From: an uncultured Ruficoccus sp.
GTDB lineage: Bacteria; Verrucomicrobiota; Verrucomicrobiia; Opitutales; Cerasicoccaceae
Length of the DNA stretch: 64,000 nt
Direction of reading: 5' to 3'
NCBI GenBank assembly: GCA_965140785.1
Contig: OZ223496.1
Location: 143,947-207,946 of the forward strand
Shown: in pieces, positions 9,770 to 17,710 of the stretch
Position numbering within the stretch: position 1 is the stretch's first letter
Layout: each line of letters opens with the position of its first letter
Program-made: the position numbers and the translations under genes
Notes under the pieces: model-generated
Database searches by the model: none
What the model was told of the DNA's origin: nothing
What the model saw: the letters and a program-made list of their open reading frames with translations, nothing else

Positions 9770-10071
9770 GCAGGGCATGCCCTGCACCCTCGGTGCTAGC
9801 GCACCGGGATGCCTTTGCCGGGAGCAAAGGCATGGGCAACGGCGGTTAACGCCAACCCGAACGAACCTCGGGCCATCTCTTTGGCACGATGCCGTATCTT
9901 GAGAGGCTCGTGCGCTGACTCGCTGAGGCTCGCAGGGTGGCGCGGGTACAATACCGTCAATCACCTTTCACAGGTAAAGCCACCCTCCCTTCGGGGCAGG
10001 AGCCTTTCTGGCTCCGATGGGGCGTAGCCCCATCCAGATGCGGAGCATCTAGGGTGCAGGGCATGCCCTGC
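9770..10071. repeat. About 300-bp non-coding element bounded by ~42-bp inverted repeats
   Basis: 9770-9811 is inverted relative to 10031-10071. The first 21 bp (gcagggcatgccctgcaccct) match exactly and contain a 16-bp palindrome. Confidence 0.8.
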
Positions 10072-11495
10072 TAGAAGTCGATCTGGAGCTGGAGGCCCAG
10101 CACGAGCGCGTCGTCTAGCTGATTGGCGGCTCCGGGATTGATGACACCCTGGATGTTGGGCTGGACATAGAAATACTCCGTCACCTGATAGCGATAGCTC
10201 AGTTCCAGTTCGACTTCGTAGTCCTGCGGCGGCACGCCGGCCCGACTCTGGGAGTCCGAGTAGCTGCTGCTGAAGTTCAGCCAGGCCGCGCCGAAAGAGA
10301 GGATGTCCTTGTCCCGGCCCGGCAGGAGACCCCGGTAGTACAGCCCGCCGCTGGTGAAAAAGTCGGCGGCCTGGGCGACATCGTCGCTTCATGTTGAACT
10401 GCCCGCTGCTCCAGAAGTACAGCCCCTGAATTTGCTCCAGAAAGCCCTCGGACTGCCCCCACACCTGCTCGGCCTGCATGCGCTCGGAGTTTTCCTCCTG
10501 CACGGGAGTGCCCTCGCGGTAGAGGTTCTGCTCGATCAGGTAGTAGAAGCCGCCGATGTTGTGGGCTGTGCCCCCGGTATGCGTGGGAAAGGGACCGGTA
10601 AAAATCCAGCCGCCCAGGGCGTACTTGCCGGGCAGGCCCGTCGCGTTCTTGGACCAGTCCTTCTTGTAGCCGATCTCGGACATGATATTGGCCCCCTGAT
10701 TGAAATTGAAGCTGAAATCCGTCCCGTGGTTTATCCACGTCGGCCAGGCTATTGTCCGCCCCGTAGGCCCCGGCCATACCGTAGAAGCCGTCGTTATCCC
10801 CGGTCCGAACACCGCCGCGGATCAGCGCACCCCAAGTCGTGACCGGGTAGGCGTTGAACGACCCCATGAAAAAGAAACCGATCGGCTGCCCGTCGAAGGC
10901 GTTGTTCATGTAGAAGGCGAAGGCGTCGGAGTGCGAGAAGTCGTCAAACTGTGCGATACGTCCGGCCTTGATGGCGAAGTGCCCGTCCAGCAAGACCTGC
11001 TCCAGATAGAGGTTGACCAGGCGGTAACTCTCGTTGCCGTAAAGCTGCTGCACGTTGATCACGTTGTGAATCTTGCTCAGGGTGAGGCTGGTACCACTGC
11101 GCACCGACAGGCTGGTGAAGAAGGTCAGCCCCTCCAAACCGGCAAGCTTGTCCAAGTCCGCGCCAAAGTTGACCCCGGTGCTGTTGAGCTGAGTCACGCC
11201 CTGATCCTGCCCGCCGACGGGATTGCCCGCCACGTTAAGGGCGAAGGAAACGTTTCAGGTCGATCCCCATGTCCTCCAGCGCGGGGCGGGCGCCCCAGGC
11301 GTCGCCGAATAGGTAGTCGCGCGTGGCCATGTCTTCCCAGAAGGAATCGGGCTCAGACGCGCTCGTCTCCGTGGCGGTGGCCGCAGGCGTGGCCGGTAAA
11401 GCCGTATTCTCGACGGCTGGAGGCTCGGCGGCTTCAAGAACTCCGCCCGCACATAAGCACAGGCACAACAAACGAATCGGTAGGGGGGTACGCAT
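10071..11495 (-). CDS. OprB-family carbohydrate-selective porin (three single-base frameshifts)
   Basis: Signal peptide and LFGDAWGARPALEDMG start, then GNPVGG, and ends QPNIQGVINPG...VLGLQLQIDF* with a terminal Phe. The frame changes near 11255, 10730 and 10390. Confidence 0.85.
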
Positions 11496-11775
11496 CGTTC
11501 AAACAGGGGTTGGAGTGGACAGTGAACGAAACCGGCAAGTAACAGAAAATGCCAGGTTCCGTTATGGGGGTATCGCGTCTCATGCGCTGAGTTTAATCTA
11601 TACCAGTAAGCCCCCGACTAACAAGATAAATCGTATCCGTTTAACATGACAACGCCCTAACGGTGCGTCGATTTACCGACTGAAAAACGGCGGCGGGATT
11701 TCTCCGGTCAGGCCAGAAAAACGCTCCCGGCGGAAAAGCCTCGCAACCCGCGAAACCGGGTCACAGAACGCCGGA

Positions 11776-13131
11776 TTAAAGGCTGCTTGAGTGCGAGCGT
11801 ACAATCAGCGGCAGCATCTGCCCACGCCGGAATAGCGTGACCTGCCCGCTGCTGGCGGAAACCACCATCGCGATGCAGTCGGTGGCGATGGAGATGGCGT
11901 TGGCCGCGGCGTGACGGGTACCCAGACCGCTGGGCAGCTCGTGGCTGTAGTCCGGGGCGTGAATCATACTCCCGGCCGCCTCCAGCACACCGTCGCCGTT
12001 GATCAGGAACGCCCCGTCGATGAAGGAGAATTCCTTCACCGTCTCGTCCATGAAGGGATTGAGGATGTTGCGCTCCTCCCGCTCGTAGCCTTGAAAGGGG
12101 TTGAGCACGAGCTGCTTCACGTAGGGCTTGATCTTCTCGGCCTCGCCGATGACAAAGAGCGTGCCGATCGGCTTGCCCTCACGGCCCTCGACGGAGAGCT
12201 CGGTGGCGATGCCGAGCACACGCTCGAGGACCTCCGGCTTGACCGAGGCCGGCAGCATATCGCTCTGGCGGGTGAAGACCGACTGGAACTCCCGCTCTAC
12301 ATCCACCACCACCAGCGTGTCGAACTGATTACTCTGCGGGATGCCTCCGACGCAGCAGAGCCGCTCGTTACTCTTGATCAGGCCGCGGGTCAGCCCGATG
12401 AGCATCGCGCTGCGCAACTGGGAAAGGCGGTTGAAGCCGAACGCGCGCACCGGGATAATGGAGTTGAAGGCGCGCTTGGCCTGCGCCACCTCCGAGACTG
12501 ACTGGGTGACGAGCAGGGTTTTGAAGTCCCCGAAATCGTCGGCGGCGTCCACGCCCCCGGCAAAGGTATCCCCAAAAACCATGACCGCTGAGCACTTTGC
12601 GCCGGTGGCGATCTTGACGGCCTCACGCAGGATGAGGCGGTTAAATTTGTTGTCCTTGGTGCGCTTCTGGTCGCGCGGCCGGCCAAAGGCGTCAGCCACG
12701 TTCTTGCGCAACGTCTCGACATCGGGCGAGGCGATGAGCCGCTCGACCATAGCAGGCTCCTGAAAAGTCCGCGCGAGCGAGGCCAATACATTGAGGTAGG
12801 ACTTTTCACGCTCGGAGGCCAGCAGCAGGAAAATCAATCGCAGGTCCTTGTACTCGCCGTGCCCGTCGAACTCCAGCCCGTCCGGGCAACGTCCGATAGC
12901 GAACATGTACGGACGCTTCATCGGGATGCGCACGTGCGGCAGGGCAATCCCGCTGCCCAGATAGGTCGTCATCGTCTGCTCCCGCTCCAGTAGCTCCTCC
13001 AGCAACTGCTTGCGGTTGAACTTCTGGCCGGGCGTGTCGCAGACCTCGAGCAGTTCCTTCAGCGCACCTTCGAGGTCACGGCTGACCAGGTCGACAATCC
13101 GGTTTTTGGCGATGTAACGGTCCAGGCGCAT
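11776..13131 (-). CDS. Fusion of PTS EIIA (Ntr/Fru-type) domain and diadenylate cyclase (DisA_N) domain
   Basis: N-terminal REQTMTTYLGSGIALPH (EIIA phospho-His motif); C-terminal IDGAFLI and GLGTRHAAA cyclase motifs. Confidence 0.88.
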   Translation of the reverse strand: MRLDRYIAKNRIVDLVSRDLEGALKELLEVCDTPGQKFNRKQLLEELLEREQTMTTYLGSGIALPHVRIPMKRPYMFAIGRCPDGLEFDGHGEYKDLRLIFLLLASEREKSYLNVLASLARTFQEPAMVERLIASPDVETLRKNVADAFGRPRDQKRTKDNKFNRLILREAVKIATGAKCSAVMVFGDTFAGGVDAADDFGDFKTLLVTQSVSEVAQAKRAFNSIIPVRAFGFNRLSQLRSAMLIGLTRGLIKSNERLCCVGGIPQSNQFDTLVVVDVEREFQSVFTRQSDMLPASVKPEVLERVLGIATELSVEGREGKPIGTLFVIGEAEKIKPYVKQLVLNPFQGYEREERNILNPFMDETVKEFSFIDGAFLINGDGVLEAAGSMIHAPDYSHELPSGLGTRHAAANAISIATDCIAMVVSASSGQVTLFRRGQMLPLIVRSHSSSL

Positions 13132-13305
13132 GAGAGACTCAGGGGTTGGCAGTCGGTTCGGAGGGTGAGGAAACGGAAAAGGGAACGCCGGCGAACATTC
13201 GGGCGGCTCGCGGCTCAGGTTCAAACCAAACCGGCGGCTGCCTTCTCAGGCGAACGTGCGCTGTTTTGCTTCCCTGGGTTTCTGCCATCCGCTTACTGTC
13301 CTAAC

Positions 13306-13680
13306 CTAGCTCTCCCACTTGAGGCCGCCTTTTTTCATCTCGTAGGCGAAGCCGACCGTCAAAATAAACAGGAAAAACAGGACCGGCAGCAGAATCGGTA
13401 GTTGGCCCACGATGAACTCGCGGTAAACCAGCACCCACGGGATGAGGAAGACGACCTCGATATCGAAAAGGATGAACAGCATCGCCACGACGTAGAACTT
13501 CACCCCGAAGCGCGGGTGGAATTTGCCGGTGGACACCAGGCCGCATTCATAGGCGGCATCCTTGGTATAATTGCCCTTGGCCCGCTGGCCGAACATATGG
13601 CTGGCGATCAGAATGCCCGCTGCAATCGCAACGGCCAAAACAATCTGAATCAGGACGGGAACGTAGGCTTCGACGCTCAT
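13306..13680 (-). CDS. nuoA: NADH-quinone oxidoreductase subunit A
   Basis: YECG, KFYVVAMLFILFDIEVVFLIPW and terminal KKGGLKWE. Confidence 0.95.
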   Translation of the reverse strand: MSVEAYVPVLIQIVLAVAIAAGILIASHMFGQRAKGNYTKDAAYECGLVSTGKFHPRFGVKFYVVAMLFILFDIEVVFLIPWVLVYREFIVGQLPILLPVLFFLFILTVGFAYEMKKGGLKWES

Positions 13681-13896
13681 GAGCGTTAATCCAAACCAAG
13701 CCGGCGCTTTTGGCAAGACGCTTTGTCATCAAAAGCAATCCCGCCCGCGACCTCGACGAATAAATCCGCATCCCCTCCGCGCGCCGAACTGCCTTATTCT
13801 TTTAAGAAGAACGCCAGCCAAATGGTCGGGCGCACTGTTTGTGTCCATCCAATTGGAGTAGACACTGGCGCGCCCGCCCCTATATCCATATCGGGC

Positions 13897-14610
13897 ATGC
13901 CATCCTTTATCCTGCGCCGCTTTGTCTGCCTTTTTCCGTTAGCGCTTCTGATTTACCTACTGACTGGCTGCGCCCCCTCCGCCACTCCGTCTCCAGCAAA
14001 CGGTTCGCCCATGGCAGTGGACTCAGACCCGTCCGTCGAAGCTGAGGAGATTACGCCCGCAAACATCGCCAAATGGTGCCAATGCGACATCGAACTCACG
14101 CCCACCGATGTCTCTGCAGAGATGATAAAATCAGGCCACCCCCCTGGCACCTGGGCCTACAACTACACGCGCAAAGGCACTCCCACTCCCCTCCTCACGA
14201 TTATCATCTCTCCGTTAAGTGAGGAACTCCGTCTCATGATTATCTCGCTGTCCATCGTTGATGGTATACGCCGCGAGTCCCGACAACCAGACCCGTTCTC
14301 CATCGCTCTGAGCTACGCCCTGAACAAATCAGTCCCGACTCCCAACGATTATTACCCGCTGATTCGCTTTGAGGACAGTGGCTTTAAGGGATGGATGATG
14401 ATGGTGGATGAAGTTGAAAGCGGGCTCTCTGGTTTGGTTTTCGGCGTATCGGAACAGTACGATAAAGAGTTTCTGCTCCTGTTCCCACCTTCTGATGACG
14501 GGCAAGAATCCTTGTTTTCCCTCAGCCCCCTCGAGGAAAATGCCTTGTTGCAACGCTTATTCAGGCAAGTGGCCGCTCAGATCGCCGCCGAGAGTTCCAA
14601 CCAACCGTAG
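13897..14610 (+). CDS. Hypothetical lipoprotein, lower GC than its flanks
   Basis: Signal peptide with lipobox LTG-C followed by a Pro/Ser/Ala linker. Confidence 0.65.
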   Translation: MPSFILRRFVCLFPLALLIYLLTGCAPSATPSPANGSPMAVDSDPSVEAEEITPANIAKWCQCDIELTPTDVSAEMIKSGHPPGTWAYNYTRKGTPTPLLTIIISPLSEELRLMIISLSIVDGIRRESRQPDPFSIALSYALNKSVPTPNDYYPLIRFEDSGFKGWMMMVDEVESGLSGLVFGVSEQYDKEFLLLFPPSDDGQESLFSLSPLEENALLQRLFRQVAAQIAAESSNQP

Positions 14611-14973
14611 GGACTCGCAACCGCTTCCCGCGTACCGTTCCTTCACTTTCCAGAAGAGTGCCAGCCAGACCGTGGGCTTGCCCGCCGGTGTAAACTCGAC
14701 CCGGTGGCGGCGGTGGGCGCGAATGAGCAGGTGATCGCCAGGAGCGAGTTCGCGTACATCCGCCTCGTCCTCGAAGCGCAGCCCTGCCGCCCCCTCGACC
14801 AGCAGCACCCACTCGTGCTCCTCCTGGTCGTACCAAAAGTCCGGCGGTGAGGCTTGCCCCTGCGAGACGATCCGCTCCAGCCGAAAACTCCCCGCCCCGC
14901 GCAGCAGCACGTCCGTCACCTCGTCCGGGAGCGCCTCGGGCAGATCGCGGAAAAGATTCTCGCACCGATCCAT
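14557..14973 (-). CDS. Cupin-domain protein
   Basis: LERIVSQGQASP, WYDQEEHEWV and AHRRHRVE. The true stop is probably the TGA at 14643-14645 if one A in the run near 14648 is spurious. Confidence 0.85.
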   Translation of the reverse strand: MDRCENLFRDLPEALPDEVTDVLLRGAGSFRLERIVSQGQASPPDFWYDQEEHEWVLLVEGAAGLRFEDEADVRELAPGDHLLIRAHRRHRVEFTPAGKPTVWLALFWKVKERYAGSGCESLRLVGTLGGDLSGHLPE

Positions 14974-15055
14974 GCAGATGTGCTTATGCTCCCGCTTGCC
15001 CCCTTGACGATGGAAAAGCGGGGGTAAATGCCATTTACTGCTTTACACATCATAA

Positions 15056-15073
15056 CATCAAGATACGTTGATG
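15056..15073. promoter_or_regulatory. Palindromic operator upstream of metF (candidate SahR/ArsR-type site)
   Basis: CATCAA-gatacg-TTGATG ending 5 bp before the metF ATG. Confidence 0.5.
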
Positions 15074-15078
15074 CGTCT

Positions 15079-15980
15079 ATGAATAAACCCGGTCGCGCCA
15101 TTTCCGACATGCTTTCAGCGGGAGAGCCCGTCTTTTCCGTAGAATTTTATCCCCCCAAAACTGAGGAGGGGGCCCGCCAGATCCTGCGCTCCGGCAAGGC
15201 CCTGTCCGCGTTCGCACCCGACTTCGTCTCCATCACCTACGGGGCCGGGGGCTCCACCCGTGAGCGCACGCTGGAGTACGGCGAGCTGCTGCGCGACCTC
15301 TTCAATTTCGAGGTCATGCCGCACCTGACCTGCGTGGGCCACTCCCGCGACGAGTTGACCGGCATCCTGGAGCGCTTCCAGCAGGCGGGCTTCCGCAACA
15401 TCATGACCCTGCGCGGCGACCCGCCCAAGGGCAAAACAGACTTCCAGCCGCACCCCGACGGCCTGCGCTACGCCTCGGAGCTGGTCGGCTTCATCCGCGA
15501 GCGTTTCCCTCACTTCTGCCTCGGCGTGGCCGGCTACCCCGAGAAGCATCCCGAGTCCCCCAGCCTGGAGGACGACCTCGGCCGCCTCTGCCATAAGGTC
15601 GCCCAGGGCGCGGACTTCATCACCACCCAGCTCTTTTTCGACAACGCCGACTACTTTTTCCTTCGTGGATAAATGCCGTGCCCACGGCATCAAGCAGCCC
15701 ATCATCCCCGGCATCCTCCCGGCCCTTTCGCTCGACCAGGTGAAGAAGTTCTGCGGCTTCTGCCAGGCCACCCTGCCCGACGAACTCGTCCGCCAACTCG
15801 AAGCCGTCGGCGGCGACGAGGGACGCCGAACGCCGCGTCGGCGTGGAGTGGGCGCACGCCCAGGTCAAACAACTCCTGGAGGCCGGTGCCCCCGGCGTGC
15901 ACCTCTACATCCTCAACCGCTCCGCCTCCGCCATCGACCTGGTCCAGGCCCTGCATAGCGACGGCATCCTGCGCCGCTAG
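15079..15980 (+). CDS. metF: 5,10-methylenetetrahydrofolate reductase (two frameshifts)
   Basis: FSVEFYPPK, SITYGAGGS, LRGDPP, AGYPEKH and ITQLFFD. It continues PIIPGILP and HLYILNRS in shifted frames (near 15658 and 15820). Confidence 0.92.
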
Positions 15981-16038
15981 GCAATATCGGTGCAATAACT
16001 GCCTGAAAGCCTTGAATAAGGAACACAGAGCCCTCTCC

Positions 16039-16130
16039 CACCCCGAAGGAGTTGCACGGTTTAAGCCCCGGGTTGCCCAGCTACCCGGGGAGAAATCGGC
16101 TCTTTATTTCTTCAACCCTGAAGGGGTTGC
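16039..16130. repeat. REP-like palindromic cluster
   Basis: caccccgaaggagttgc ... ccccgggttgcccagctacccgggg ... caaccctgaaggggttgc. Confidence 0.65.
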
Positions 16131-16247
16131 GCTCCGCGTCCCTTTTCGAGCCGAAAAGACCCCCGTCTATCTGCTCGCTTGTTTATCTGACCAGGCCCTA
16201 AAATCTGCGTGCACTCAGGAAAAAGGGTGCTTTAATAAGCTTTTGCC

Positions 16248-16899
16248 ATGAAACGTTCGGCCATCAAGCGCGAAGTCGATTTGCAGATCCTGGGCGACTG
16301 GGTCCGCGAGGGCGCGCGCGTGCTCGACCTCGGCTGCGGGCGGGGTATCTTCCTCGAATACCTGCGCCAGACCAAGCACACCTGGGGCCTCGGCGTGGAC
16401 AACCAGATGGACAAGGTCACCGGCTGCATCAAGCGCGGCGTCAGCGTGTACCAAGGCGACATCGAGCAGGCCATGCGGCAGTTTCCGGACGACTTTTTCG
16501 ACTGGGTCCTGTGTTCGCGTACCTTGCAGGAGCTGAGCCGCCCGCAAGACATCATTCGCGAGTCTTTACGCGTGGGCAAACGCTTCGCCGTCGGCTTCGT
16601 CAACCACGGCTACTGGCGCAACCCGCCTGCACCTGCTCTGGCACGGACGCCGCATCATCAACGAGGTCTTCCCCGAAGGCTGGGGCGAAAGCCGTCGCCT
16701 CAATCCCATCGCGGTCGGCGACTTCGAGGACTTCTGCGCCCGCGAGGGGCTGGTCATTACCCGCCGGGCCTACCTGCGCGGCGACTGGCATACCCCCTGC
16801 AAGTTTTTCCCCGGCCTCTTCGCCGGCTACGTGCTCTACGAAATTACCAATGGCAACGGGACACCGGCGGCCCATAAAAGCACCGCTCCCACCCGCTAA
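16248..16899 (+). CDS. metW: Methionine biosynthesis methyltransferase-like protein MetW (one frameshift near 16623)
   Basis: VLDLGCGRG SAM motif, SRTLQE and FVNHGYWRN, continuing RLHLLWHGR in the shifted frame; adjacent to metF. Confidence 0.85.
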
Positions 16900-16963
16900 C
16901 TTTCCCGCCACGGATGATGCCCTGGCGTTGGCGGCGGGCCCGTGTTCCTGGAGCGCTTTCGCC

Positions 16964-17497
16964 CTAAGCGACCGGCTGCGTATCGCCGTGCGCACGTGCA
17001 CGCTCCTCCTGCTCGGCTTGGGCCATCAACTGCTGGGCCAGGGCAACCTGCACAAATTCCGTCAGCTTCTCGGAGGGAGCGTCCGCCCGGGCGCCCTTGG
17101 GCAGCTCGGCGAGATTGCGGATAATTTGCACCGGCGTGCCGATGAGTCCCCAGGGGAACCCCCACCACCCCACCACGAGGCAGCCCAGCGCGGAGGCCAC
17201 TTTCTTCTTCACCCCGCAGCGGTTACAGCAGACCTCCGGTTTGCTGCTCCAGGAGGACATGAGAATAATTGACCAGATAAAATGCGACTGGTGGACGTCC
17301 ACCGGCCCCGCCTTGCCGCATTTGGGACAATTCCCTTGATGAACCGTAATCACCTGCTCGGCCAGGACATCAGGCGGCACCTGGTCGGCCACACGAAGGA
17401 TGTGAGCCGTGATCAGACAGCGATCATTACAGTAAGAGTGGGTACCATCGCTTTTACCCCCGATGATGAAGGAATTACAGTGCGCACAACGAGCCAT
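16964..17497 (-). CDS. Hypothetical Cys-rich (zinc-ribbon) membrane protein
   Basis: CAHC, CNDRC, CPKC and CNRC motifs plus a GWWGFPWG transmembrane segment. Confidence 0.7.
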   Translation of the reverse strand: MARCAHCNSFIIGGKSDGTHSYCNDRCLITAHILRVADQVPPDVLAEQVITVHQGNCPKCGKAGPVDVHQSHFIWSIILMSSWSSKPEVCCNRCGVKKKVASALGCLVVGWWGFPWGLIGTPVQIIRNLAELPKGARADAPSEKLTEFVQVALAQQLMAQAEQEERARAHGDTQPVA

Positions 17498-17710
17498 GAC
17501 GGGAAACAATAGAGAGTTGCTGGTAACAAGTTCAGGCCACGTTGTATCAACAAACCTGATACTGCGCAACCACCAATTAATTATACTTTATTATCAATCC
17601 AGCGATCACCTCAGCGATCCAACGGCAGGGAACAATCCGCCCCCGCCGGTATAGCGGGATACACGGACGCCCTTGGCCGTGCCCTTCTGTTGTGCTTCGA
17701 TCCTGATTAA

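Noticed and set aside
11496..11775. Possible c-di-AMP (ydaO) riboswitch between the cyclase and porin genes
   Set aside because: I could not find the conserved ydaO sequence blocks on either strand; an Infernal search would settle it.
15640..15830. Programmed frameshifting or phase variation in metF and the other split genes
   Set aside because: The runs are too short and there is no shared slippery motif or stimulatory structure; the pattern fits sequencing error.
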